Shown here one piece after another: positions 1 through 11,938 of a DNA stretch of 64,000 nucleotides. This stretch comes from Parasitella parasitica NRRL 2501 (taxonomy: Eukaryota > Fungi > Mucoromycota), in assembly GCA_025201805.1 (NCBI GenBank), contig MU619360.1, positions 4,616-68,615 on the forward strand, in the 5' to 3' direction. The first letter of the stretch is position 1. Every line of letters begins with the position of its first letter. Position numbers and translations under genes: made by a program. The notes under the pieces were generated by a model. The model ran no database searches. It had not been told where the DNA came from and saw only the letters and a list, made by a program, of their open reading frames with translations.

Positions 1-247
1 TTTTCGCTATACTTACAACGAACAGGTTCTAGCCCTTCATCCATAGCGTCTTTTCGGCCAGCACGTCGTAAGGAGCCTAATGAAATTGTAAAATATAAGG
101 GTAGGTCCAACATCTTTTAGTACATGGACTTTATACCATCATTATTGGAGAATCCTCTTCCTTTGACTCGAACATCTGATATATCGCGTACTCAGAAACC
201 ATTATTGTATATCTTTTATTAATTTTGTTACCTTCGTCAATATTCAT
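1..247 (-). CDS. RNA-binding protein Y14/RBM8A-like (exon junction complex), 5' part; runs off the window start
   Basis: Three short exons joined via GT-AG introns read MNIDE-DVRVKGRGFSNND-GSLRRAGRKDAMDEGLEPVR in one frame. KGRGF followed by P-x-R resembles the Y14 N-terminus before the RRM. Not in the ORF track. Confidence 0.55.
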
Positions 248-540
248 TCTTTCAGGTGAGCGAGACATGATTGTAATATAGAGTATAGGTGATTAAAGGT
301 TTTTTTGGCCTGGTGTTGGGAGAAGATTGCCAAAATGTTTTGAGAAAGCTGGTCACATCCTCAAGGACAAACGCTTTGAAAGCACTGTCAGCACTTTGAA
401 AGATTAAACAAGCGGAGCAGCCCATATACAAGGCATTACAAAGCATACGGATATAGCTTATTGCACATACTTGACAATTCAATTTTTTATTTTTACTTTT
501 GTGAAATGAGCAATTTTGTGAAATAATTTTTTTGTTTGGG

Positions 541-3027
541 TCATTTACCAAACGTCAATAGCGCACGGCCATCCTTAGACACTTGCACGCTTTTCCTTTG
601 AACATTTCGTAAATGTCGCGAAGATGCCAACATACGTTTACTACTGTTGAAATTGCTGCTGCTGCATTTTTGCTGTTGCATTTCTCCTGATGCATCAACC
701 TCTGAAAGGATATAATTGTCGCTTTCATATCGCTGAATTTGGCTTTTAGACATCATGTCTGGATCAATCTGAAATTTCTCTGGGTGAGGAGCTATAACAA
801 AACCTACGTAGAAAAAAAAACCCCATTAACGGCATGCCCCTTTAGTTAAAATACCCATCTTTTATATTGTTATTCCCCACCTTTATTCTTGGTGAGTTCA
901 GTAAACTGAGTCGGCTCAAGGTAAGGAGGAAATGTATAGTAATTACCTTCTTCTTTTCCATCATCCTGAGGTATTTCCACCTTTTCAGCGGCATAACATT
1001 GAATTGCTTCTGTAGCAGTAGCAACATTGAAGCAGTTTCGAATATCTAGACCTGCGTCGCCCAAACAGCCAGGTTGCTGGCCAAACCTTTTTGGACCTAT
1101 GATCTGACCGAACTTCATTGTACTTTTGTCAGAATTCTCCTCTTTCTGTTGCCTCTGGAGCTCTTTACTGTTGATAATTTTAGCGATTTCTTCATTTGCT
1201 TGATCAGACCGAACAGAATGACTAGATTTACTGTATATAGACGAGTGTATTGACGATGCGGGAGACGAGCTAATCAAAGGCGATGAGATTCTTAGCTTTG
1301 CTGTCTTTTCTTCTATCGTGGGCTGTCGATCTGTATCTAGATGTGTGTGTAAGCCTGAAGAAATTGACATTCTGCGGGATATTTGTAGGCCCCATTTGGA
1401 CAAGTTTTTTTTCATGCTCGTAAACTTCTTTCTAGTTGGTACTTTTACCTCGCTTGGAGATCGAGGGCCATCGCTTTCTGCACAAGATGATATGAGTGAT
1501 GGAGTAGACGAGGCTGGTGTTGTTGATTGCGTGGCAATTTTGGCAACTGCTTCTTGCAGCACCAAGTGGCATTCTTCTGTATTACTAGGCGTAACCGATT
1601 TGGTATAATTTCCTGGCGGGGGATCCATCGAAATGGGATGCACAAGCATCACGGGGATATCAAAGACAGCAGTATAAGGGCTAGGTGAATTAATGAGCAT
1701 AATATGTTTACATAGATATGGATAACTCACTTGAGCACTGATTGTATTGACAATCTAATGAAAAAGGACACATCGATCAGCTTTTGATTTCTGACAGTTA
1801 CTTGATTAGGCTGTAAACATATCCAGACAGTGAAAGTTAGTATAGAAGTGAATGATCAAAACTTTTACGATTATTTTACAGGTGTATCAATAGTCATTGT
1901 TACATAATCGCGACTAGTAGGCTCCAACGGCTTCCACCAACCTAAATCTGCCAAGGATGTAGTGACAACCGTCTCACATGAGGCGGTTACTGGCACCAGC
2001 AACTGGCCTTCATTGTTGATAGAGTACGTATTTTGTTTCCGCAAAAGCTCTAACTTGATGTCATTAACTGTATCCTTGAGCGTATCATTGTGGATTTTTA
2101 CTGCAACGTAAATAGGAGCGCCAGAAATCCATACAGAGCGAGGCATGCTTGTTTCAATAGACACATGTCCATCTTGTGCTGACTTCCATACTTGTTTTTC
2201 ATTTAATAAGACTGGCGCGTATAAGGCTGTGGCATCTTTTAGCGATTTCAATACCATGTTTGAATACACAAGCACAGCTTGTTTCTGTAGTGCTGGTTTG
2301 TCTGCGACCCATTGAACCTCGCATTTCAGATAGTACTGTATGGACCCCTTTTTATCGACATATGTCCCACTCAGATCTGAGGGCAATGAAACCAAAAAAG
2401 GAACAATGACGCTGTTTGTATCTTCGGCTGTTGTTGCTGAAACGCTTTGATATGGCGTAACTTGGTCTGAACCTGTCAATTGCAAGACGGGCAAATTCAG
2501 GAATGAATATGCCTTTAGATTAGACTTGCTAGAGTCATTCACGGCTGTGACAAAGAATTTTAGTCTGTCTTGTGTGTCGAATGTAGCAAATAAGCGTACA
2601 TACCTTCCAGGCCGACCAAATCCAGTTTTATGCTTTTGATTTTATGCGCAAGTGTTGTATCACCATGAATAACAATGCTGCCAGCCAGCTCTCCACTGGC
2701 TACAACGTGCGGAGATTTCAGATAGACAAACACATTTCGCTGACTCTTTCTCCAGGACGCATGGCTCATCATTGTGCTCGATCTAGACAGCGTGCGCGTA
2801 GGTGTACGGGCAATCTTCCTGAAAAAGTGCCCAAGTGAGGGTGATGATAGCTCTGGCGCTGCGTTTTTTGTTAAAGGAAAAGGAAGAGGACTGATGCGGT
2901 TTTTGCTGGAGACTGAAGTGATCAGTGGTGTTATTTGCAGATTCGAATACCAAGACTTTAGCGCTAAATCATTCATAGATAGGGCACTGGCACGATTTGT
3001 TGTTAAAGTGTTGTTTATATTGGACAT
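541..3027 (-). CDS. arrestin-domain protein (multi-exon)
   Basis: ORFs 2560-3120, 1871-2542, 870-1730 and 541-756 join through canonical introns. Arrestin-like segments: SGELAGSIVI...IKLDLVGLEG, GSIQYYLK, SVWISGAPIYVAVKIHN, FDIPVMLVHPISMDPPP. Confidence 0.7.
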
Positions 3028-3167
3028 ATTTGTGTATGATTGAGAAGAAGTGCAACATAAATATGTGGACAAACGAGCATTTTGTACAAAAAGTTTTGTG
3101 AGTGTTAATATCCGATGCATTGTTTACATTCCATTTCAAAATTTAAATTCTTTATTTGAGGTAGATG

Positions 3168-3695
3168 CTACTTCTCACTATCAATTGGCAGACTAATATG
3201 CCCATCATCTTTGGTTAAAAATGACACAGACACTAGACATGTTTCAATTGCAAACAGCCCGACTATAAAGTATTTCAAGCAAAAGATAAAGCCAAACAGC
3301 ACACAATTCTCCTGCGATAAACACATGTCTGTTTTACCGATCAGGTCAGTGGATTTGAGGTCGAACATGATGGAAAACGTCCAGCTAAGTGCTAACCCAA
3401 GCGGCATCAAGAATTGACATATGTTCTCAATGAGGGTGTCTGCATGGCTTGCTGTGGTTAGAAGGACAAAAAGTGGGCAGAATATAGATGCTTGTGCGGC
3501 TACCAGTGTAGAGATCAACCTGCGGTCTGTGATTGTTTGGATAACCCATGTGTTGTCGTGCTGTTGGTCCTGCTCTGTTATATTTATTGGAATTGAATTG
3601 TTACTGTAGAATCCCAATGATCCTATCACTATGACAACAGCTGTAATTAAAGTAGCTAATCGAACACAATAGGTGATTGTGGTGGTACGGTTCAT
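3168..3695 (-). CDS. hypothetical multi-pass membrane protein (MARVEL-like topology)
   Basis: ORF from MNRTTT with about four hydrophobic segments. A TATAAA-like signal and T-rich tract lie upstream. Confidence 0.6.
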   Translation of the reverse strand: MNRTTTITYCVRLATLITAVVIVIGSLGFYSNNSIPINITEQDQQHDNTWVIQTITDRRLISTLVAAQASIFCPLFVLLTTASHADTLIENICQFLMPLGLALSWTFSIMFDLKSTDLIGKTDMCLSQENCVLFGFIFCLKYFIVGLFAIETCLVSVSFLTKDDGHISLPIDSEK

Positions 3696-4015
3696 CGTGG
3701 TGGGAGAGAGAGATTGAATATGTAATAGAAAAAAGTAGAGAGAGAAAAACAAAAAGGAAAAACATAAACGTTTGCTCATTCACTCTATAAATACCACAAC
3801 ATTTCTTGAGTCGCATGGCTGAATGTTTTGGCAGCATGTTCAGGTCAAGATTGCAACATTTCCTTTAAATGTCAGTCGGCAATCTTTGCCCATCGCTCCC
3901 ACATCACGGGAATTCCAAAAAGAGTGAAGTAATTTTTTTCTACCACCTTCTTTTTTCCCTTTTTTTTTTTTTTTTTTCTTCTCTCTGTCTCCCATAAAAC
4001 AAAACCTCCATCAAC

Positions 4016-5865
4016 ATGAGCTCTGATACACGTCAAGCAAGACCAAGATATTGGTGTCATATATGCAATGCCGAAGTTCCTATTTATATGGTTCCCGACC
4101 CAACATGTCAACAGTGCAATGAGCAATTTATTGAAGAAGTAAGTGTGTGCCGTCTCTCCAAACTCACGCATTTACATTAAATAATTGCTATCTATTAGCT
4201 TCACTCCGACGACGATCCTCGAGAATTTTTAGCTGGAACAGACCAAGCGCAACATCACACACCCACAGACACAGCAGAAGACGCAGAGGTTCGAATGCCA
4301 TTAGGTTCAGCTCATTTCTTTTCATACAGTCCCTCTACTGGCAGAATAAATAATTTGGGTGGTGGTGCCAGTGGTCATGGTGAGATGGGTGATGATATAT
4401 TTCAGTATTTTACGCCTCCTCCTCCCTCTAGAGACAACAATGCAGAAGATGGCAGAGAAAGACCCCCGACATCGGACGGATCACCTTCACCTTTGGGAAA
4501 CTTTGTACAAAATCTACTCAGCAATATGTTGGGACAGAATGTCGATATAAACACTACTACACAGCCTAGCGATGCAGAAGGAGGTACTCATGGTGCGGAT
4601 GGAAGGCCCATGGTGTTTTTTGGTAATATGGTCGATGGAAACGTTCGCTTTCAGCCTATGTCAGCTGGCCAATCCATGCCAGGTGGTATGCCAAATTTCC
4701 CTGATGAGCACAATGAGAATGGAGAAAATACGAATTCAGGAACCAGAAATAGCAACAATAACGAGGATCCTCGAGGAAATAATATAGCAAGGTACTTTTT
4801 GCGTTTTTACGTACATATTACTGTATACATGTGCTGACATAAAAACGACAGCCTTCTACAATTTTTATCTGCCATGACAGGTGGGGCGATTGACGGCGGA
4901 ATGGTTGGAAATCCAAATGACTACGTATTTTCACAAACGGCCTTAGATAACATTATTACTCAATTAATGGAGCAAACTGGAGGGTAAATAAGCGTGCTGT
5001 TTATATTTGGAACTGATGCTTATTGAAATAAATTGCCATGGTAGAGCATCTGCACCCCCTCCTGCACCCGAGCAAGTCATCGAATCGCTTGAAAAGAGAG
5101 AATTAACGCAGCAAGAAAAAGGTAAATGTTGATATCTCTTTGTCTTCAACTTGACAATCAACAGTTAATCAATCGTTTGTTAGACCGAGAGGCTGATTGT
5201 GCTGTCTGCAAAGACCAATTTGAGCCTCAAGAACAAGTGATTCAACTCCCATGTGAGCACATTTTCCACGATGAGTGTATCAAACCATGGTTAAAGTTAA
5301 ATAGTACCTGCCCTGTCTGGTAAGTTTACTCAGCTGTGGACTCATTGCCAATGGTTTAATATTCAAATCTTGCATATAAAGTCGCCATTCAGTGTTACCC
5401 GCTCAACAAGAACAAGACACCAATAATAATAATAACACTGGCTCCGATGATACCCCATCTAACAATGATACTCAAGCAGAAAGCAATAGATCAGCTGCAG
5501 ATGAAGGCAATAACAGTAGTAACAGCAACAATAATAGTAACAGTACTACAAATAATAACAATAATGGAAGTGGGAGTACACGCACTCCAGTACCAGGATT
5601 TGCGTGGATAGGTGGTGGCAACAGTGGTCAGCAGTGGCCATTGAATTTATCCGCTGCCTTTCCTTGGGCCGAAGGTTTAGTCAGACAAGCCAGCAATTCT
5701 AACAGCAACAGGACTACAAATGCAGCACCTTCATCAACAGCTAATAGCAACAACAACAACAATACCAGCACCAGCACCAGCACCAGCAACAACAACAATA
5801 ACAACAACAATAACAATAACAATAACAATAACGACCAAATAGATGAAGATCTTGATCTTGATTAA
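4016..5865 (+). CDS. RING-H2 E3 ubiquitin ligase, RNF126/RNF115-like
   Basis: N-terminal zinc ribbon YWCHICNAEV...PTCQQCNEQFIEE; GNPNDYVFSQTALDNIITQLMEQ; RING-H2 CAVCKDQF...[26 protein letters not shown]; Asn-rich tail; canonical introns. Confidence 0.9.
5745..5832 (+). repeat. coding AAC/AAT and ACCAGC microsatellite (poly-Asn, TS repeats)
   Basis: Directly visible tandem triplets and hexamers in the last exon of the RING gene. Confidence 0.9.
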
Positions 5866-5959
5866 ACTAACAAAAAAAATGTACATACAAACTTTGCTCT
5901 TGGTTTTTTTATAGAAAATGAAAAGGAGAAAATAAAAGGAAATGTATATGAAAAATATC

Positions 5960-6830
5960 CTATGATTTTTGCAGAGATAATCGATATCTTGATCTAAGAG
6001 AAGACGCCACAATAAATACAGAAACAGAGATGATAGATAAACATATCACTATGGAATAGACGCACCCGTAGTTTACGGTTGCAGATGAATTTAGTGTAGT
6101 CTGTATAAATTCTGTTTCAATTATTGCGCACTACTACGATATATTTCGCTACATGTGGTCAACTTACGGCAAATGACGCTCCATAGTGTGATATGACAAC
6201 CCACCCAATTTTAAACCAGCCTTTCATCCGAGGCAGTTCAGAAAACCCGTCAAATGAAATCATCATCCAAAAAACATGCATTAATGAGAACAGAGATGTT
6301 GTAATAGCCGAAATAAAATACAATGTTGCTGCAGGACATGAGGGACACATCATCACACCAGGTCCGATTGATTCAGCAAGCAGCGATATGTATCCCACTA
6401 GAGAGCTCATCAATGCATATCCAAATCCAGAAACAAACGCAAACACGGATCGATTGAACGGTGATTTTGGATTTGCAGAAACTGTGTTCAAACCAGCTTC
6501 TGCTTTGTTTAGAAGCAGGTAGAATCCCCATCGACAAATCTCCTGAATGGCAACGCTATACGTAATGCCGACAAAGTACATTGATTGTGTTGCTTCTGCG
6601 AAATACCAGATTACGCTGGATAGCAATAAAGCGATTAGACAAAAGAAGGCGCTGAAAATATTTCAATTTATTTTTAGCAGCTCTTCTTTTTGAAAACGTA
6701 ATCTACCGCAAACATACCTGGACACCATGAGTAAGACGTATTGCGCATTAGGCGCTATATACAGAAAGAATATGGATAGAATAGGCCCATATGCTAATAG
6801 CAAACAACCGAAAAACGTGTACAATGACAT
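5960..6830 (-). CDS. APH1: gamma-secretase subunit APH-1
   Basis: MSLYTFFGCLLLAYGP...VLLMVSSAFFCLIALLLSSVIW...QEICRWGFYLLLNKAEAGL...VSGFGYALMS...SIGPG...HVFW...SHYGAS matches Aph-1 motifs (FGC-x4-GP, QE-x2-R, GxxxG-like TM4, conserved His residues). Three exons, stop at 5960-5962. Confidence 0.88.
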
Positions 6831-8230
6831 GCTTTTTTTTTTTTTTTTTTTTTTNNNNNNNNNNATCAAGATAAATAAAAAATGTGCATCATAATCAGGA
6901 GTGTATTTAATTCTTTTAAGGCGACGATCAAAAAAAAAATGGTTGGCTAAACCTTTTACTAAATGGTGATATATCGTAGGAAAAGCATATACATTTGTTT
7001 ATTACTGTAGTAACCATGTTGTTTTATCTCTGAACAGTTTCTCTACTTTTCTCGAAACTCTATCTGTGGTGTTATTCAATGTAAGAATCATCTCTCCAGC
7101 ACTCCTACTGTCACTAATTTAGACAGGAAAAAAGAGCAAATATCACTGTGGTTTTGGTGATTTTGGGCATAAATATATCAATTGCATCATACCCCTAGCT
7201 CACATATATCTTTTTTTTCGGTTTTATGCAATAATACCGCTTTTACTAAAGTATCAAGGCACCTATCAATCAATTCAATGCCTTCTCACCTTTAGTATTT
7301 TCAGTGTTTTCTCAAAAAAAAAAAAAAAAGAAAAGAAAACCTTGTTTCTCTAAGAATTGTATAATAAATTGAACTTGTGTATTAGATTTTTTTTAAAACA
7401 TCTCCCACTTTCATTAACTTTTTCAGAAATTGGCTTGAAATGCAGGAAAAAGTGTACAGTATTTTTTACTTTTTTTTTAAAAAAAAAGAAAAGTAATCAT
7501 AATAATGGCACATTTAGCAGATACAGAATGAGGTATTGATCATTGCACTAGGCGCTTTTTCCATGGAGATATTGTAGGTTTTGTCCAAATTTTGAGATCT
7601 GAACAGGTGATGAATATGGAGTATCCTCAGCTTACTATGATTTTGTTAATATCTAGCTCAAAAACTAATATTTTTTTTATAAAAACACATGCATTTTGAA
7701 GCTAAACTTCAGGAAATTGTAACGAGCTGCTGTTTGTTTAGAAACTGTTCTGTATTGATGTAAATCTGAAGCATTTGAAAATGTATGAACACTTTTTTTT
7801 TTTATTTCTCCAGTATTTTGAGGAGACAACAACTTGAATTGTGTTTAAGAATGGCATTCAGAGTTATCCTTGCAGTACGTACTATTTGAAGACTTTCACT
7901 ATACATAATTGCTTATAATTGAGTGCGCAAAACATATTTGAGCCCGAGAGAGGCGTTTTTTTCTTTTTTTTTCTTTTGACAGATGTAAAATGGCTTGCTT
8001 GTATAATAAACCTAGAAGTTATCAATCATTAACGACTGTGGATTAGCATTTTGACATTTTGGCAAATATACCCACATGCCTATATGCTGCTGATGATGCG
8101 ATGATGGGGTTCCATCCAATCATCCCTTTGTGCTGGTGGGTAACATTCTATTTAAACACACGCGCTGAAAAAAAAAAAAACTTTTCTAGTTCTTTTTTTC
8201 TCCAACTCTAATACATCAAACCAGAATACA

Positions 8231-10424
8231 ATGGATCGTAACAATCGCTATCCAGCATATGACAGAGCTCTTGGTAGACCCCAACAGCAGCATCAACAAT
8301 ACCAACCACAGCAACAACATCAGCAGCAGCAGGCGCCATACATGCAACAGGGAAATAACTTTCGTCGTGATGATTTTGGAGGCGGAGGCGGTGGAGCTGG
8401 TGGAGGTGGTGGTGGAGGAAACCGCAGAGGAGGTGGTGGAGGAGGAGGGGGAGCCATGAGAGACCAAAGAGGAGGGAGACGTCATAATAATAATGAGCGA
8501 TTCAATGATAGTAGACCTTACAATAAGAGAGCTCATCGTCCTCATACGGGAAATAACTTTAGTAGAGTGAAAAGTGAGCCTCAAGACGACTCTGATCAAT
8601 TATATGGTAAGCGTTAATATTGTTTTTCCAAACGTCCTTTCATATTCATTTTTGTTTGCGAAAAAAAAAACAAAAGACAACAATAATTCAGGATTTGATT
8701 TTGATGATAATAACCGCTTGCCGGCGCATATCGAATCAAGAGTAGCTAGAGAAAAGCCCTGCAGAACATTGTTTGTGAGAAATGTTCAGGTAAATTTATT
8801 TGACGCTCGGCAACCCAAAAAGTCTCCTAAATCGATTGTGTATACAAATCTAGTATACTATTCCTGAGAGTGAGGTTAGAGCTTTATTCGAGAAATTTGG
8901 CGAAGTTAAGGACGTCTTCAATTTGATTGAAAACAGAGGCATGATCTTTATTACTTTTGTAAGTGCAAGTTGGGTAGGTTTTGTTGGCATGTCTAACAGA
9001 AAAAGGGAAAATTTTAGTATGATGTCCGTGCTGCTGAGGAAGCCAAGACGAATATGCAAGGCATATTTTTAAGTGACAGAAAGATTGATGTGCATTATTC
9101 TTTACCCAAGGAAGAAGAAGAGAGAGCAAAGTGCGATAGAACGAAAAATCAGGTATGAGTTTTCTTTTCTCATCGATGAGTTGATTTCAGATATTAAGCA
9201 ATCCTGCTACATAGGGCACCCTTCTCTATACCCTTAAAAATGCAAATGGTGAGTTGGACGATTATGAGCTGCAGTCTTATTTTGGGCGGTTTGGTGATAT
9301 TAAGGCAATTCGTGTCCCCCATTTCAAAAAAAGTACAGCTCACAATTTCAGTCAGGCAGAAAGGTATATACATTTGAGATGCATTCTACTATTACCAGAG
9401 AGCGTGTGTGATAAGTAGAAGACGAAAAAAAAAAGAGAGAAAGAGAGAGAGAGAAAATGAATAAGGTTCTTATAAGTGGTTTTTAGAAATCAACAACGTT
9501 TAGTTGAGTTTTATGATTCAAGAGCTTGCGTTGATGCTTTCGACGAAACCTATGATACTGAGTACTTGGGCGGTAGATGGGATGTTGCTTTCTTCTGGGA
9601 CCATCCTTATAAAGATCGTACCAATTCCAACCAAAGAAGAGAGAAAAACCATGATAGAGAACGTGAGGATTCGAAAGCTAGCAATAGAAGAAGAAATGAC
9701 TCTATGAGACCCCGTGAGTATGATCATTACAGCGGAGGAGGGCAAAGCAGTGGACGTAACGATGAGCGCTATATTCCTCCTGGCTCCGCTGCTCCTCCTC
9801 CTGCCCATCACAATACGGACCCTCGATTGCAGTACAATCCCCATTTGCAACATCAATTACCTCTGGGTGGCGCACCTACTACTGGCCTTAATAACTCAAT
9901 GCCAGATGGCCAAAGATTAGAGCAAGCGCAGAAAGCGCAACAAATGTTGTCCATGTTGGCTTATCAGCCGGCCCAACAGCCACAGGTTGCTTCATTGACT
10001 TCACCATTTCAGCCAACTAATCTGCAATCCCCACCCACTGCCTTTGTTCCTCCTGTTCCCCCTGTTCCTCCAACTGAAGACCAAGCTTCTCAAGTCCAAC
10101 AATTGTTAGGCTTATTGGTTAGTTGACCCTATTCTTGACCCTATTTTTTCGATTTTTTATCGTATATTTATTATTTAAATATAGAGTCAAGCTGCTCAGC
10201 AACAACAACAGCAACAGCAACAACTGCATCAGCAGCAGCAACAGCAACAGCATCAGCAGCAGCATCAGCAGCAGCAACAGCAACAGCAGCACAAAGCGGC
10301 ATCTCAGCCTCCAATTCAACAAGGTGGAGTTGCACCTATCCCAGGTATGGATCCAGCTACCGCCTTATCACAATTAGCAGCCCTTCTTCAACAACAGCAA
10401 CAGAATAATAACCAACATCAATAA
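8231..10424 (+). CDS. RNA-binding protein with Mei2/AML-type RRM1-RRM2, RGG-rich N-terminus and poly-Gln C-terminus
   Basis: EKPCRTLFVRNVQ...RGMIFITFYDVRAAEEAK...RKIDVHYSLPK...NQGTLL...FGDIKAIR...VEFYDSRA across seven exons. Confidence 0.8.
10198..10290 (+). repeat. CAG/CAA microsatellite (poly-Gln/His)
   Basis: Tandem triplets in the last exon of the RRM gene. Confidence 0.9.
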
Positions 10425-10851
10425 GCAAAAAATGTGTATTACGAAATACAATCATTTCCTTATTTTCCCAACGAGCTTTAAGCTATTTCGGACCAAGAGC
10501 TCATTATGAATTTTGTAATTTGGTGTTTATGACGAAGTCGCGCAATGTTGACTCTCAATAAATCACATATTAAATAAAACTATTAATGAGTTGTATAATG
10601 AAATCAACAACAAATGTCTTGTCAAAATGTACAAAAAATGGAAGCCGGGATGTGTTTTGAGTGGTTCCTTGTTTTTGAACGTACAGCAATTAGCAAGGAA
10701 AAGCATCACAGTGGAGAACAAGTGAGCGTTCTGCTATAAATAGATTTGATTTCAGCATGAAAAAAAAAAAGGGTATAAATATTACTTACAAGCGAGCTAA
10801 ACCGATCTCAATAACTCTTTGCCATATTTTTATTTTATTTTTCTTGCCAAG

Positions 10852-11334
10852 ATGCTGAAGCCTACTTCATTGCCACTGCCACCTCCTCTACCTCTTCATC
10901 AACACCAGAATTCTACTAGTGCCGCGAAAAGAAATAGCGATAGTCTGTCATTGGACTATGATTTAACATCAAGCGACGAGGAATCAGATACATTGGAGCC
11001 TTCATCTCTAAAATATAAGACTGAAGAGCACAAGTTCTGGCAAGTTCACTCAAGCACTACGATTATTTCACCTCCCGTGGTCGCATCGGATTATACTACT
11101 ATCTCCATGTCTTATGTCAATCCTAAATTAATCAAGAAAAAACCACAACCACAACCACAACCACAAAAAAAGGCAACAGTGGCATTATCGTTAGCTAACC
11201 AAGTTCAGCAAATACTAGGATCCGCATTCGATGAAATCGATGATGAAATCGAACGAGAATGGCAAGTTAGTCGAACAAAGTTAAATCAAACTTTAATTCA
11301 AGTGCCAAGTATTTCGTTAGTCATGGGATCATGA
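10852..11334 (+). CDS. hypothetical protein
   Basis: Single ORF from MLKPT with upstream TATAAAT (10773-10779) and a helical C-terminus (LANQVQQILGSAFDEIDDEIEREW). Function unknown. Confidence 0.6.
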   Translation: MLKPTSLPLPPPLPLHQHQNSTSAAKRNSDSLSLDYDLTSSDEESDTLEPSSLKYKTEEHKFWQVHSSTTIISPPVVASDYTTISMSYVNPKLIKKKPQPQPQPQKKATVALSLANQVQQILGSAFDEIDDEIEREWQVSRTKLNQTLIQVPSISLVMGS

Positions 11335-11938
11335 ACGACTTTTGTCATGAATCATCTGAATATACACACCTATCCACCAGCTTCATATGGTAGCTTTTTG
11401 TAAACATTTCCAGTACTATATATACAATATTCAATATGATATCAAATACATATTATATTCTTTTCATCCTTAACTCAGTTACATTATAATAATAAAATAT
11501 GGCATTTTAAATCGCCATTTTGACTCCACGTGGTACCTGAAGTTGCACCATTTTTCTCTAGAAGAATAATATTTATAGGTATATACTAAATTTAGAATAG
11601 ACGCGAAAAGGATTTACTATAAAAAACATCAAAGAATTTGGGAAAAACGTCAAACACGTATGTATGTTATGCATGCATACACCTGTCTCCAGTTAGACAG
11701 TGAGGAGGTATGATTAGGCATACGATATAAAATGCATATAATAGCGTAAATTCAGGATTGCTGCCATTTTTTTCGCCATATTACTACTAGAAAATCGTCC
11801 TGGTGCCCGAGTAAAACTTGTACGATTTGGATAATTAATTCCTCATAATTGACATATTCGTCTAATGAAATCACGGCATCAAGGAGGCCCAGATCAAACG
11901 TATATATTAAGTTATAATACAAGTATTGGCCATTTTTA

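Noticed and set aside
5628-5828. Poly-Leu ORFs (also 10119-10322 and 15693-15878)
   Set aside because: Antisense translations of Asn/Gln microsatellites.
7190-7955. Possible MITE between APH1 and the RRM gene (GCTCA..TAT / ATA..TGAGC ends)
   Set aside because: The terminal match is too short and imperfect and no target-site duplication could be established.
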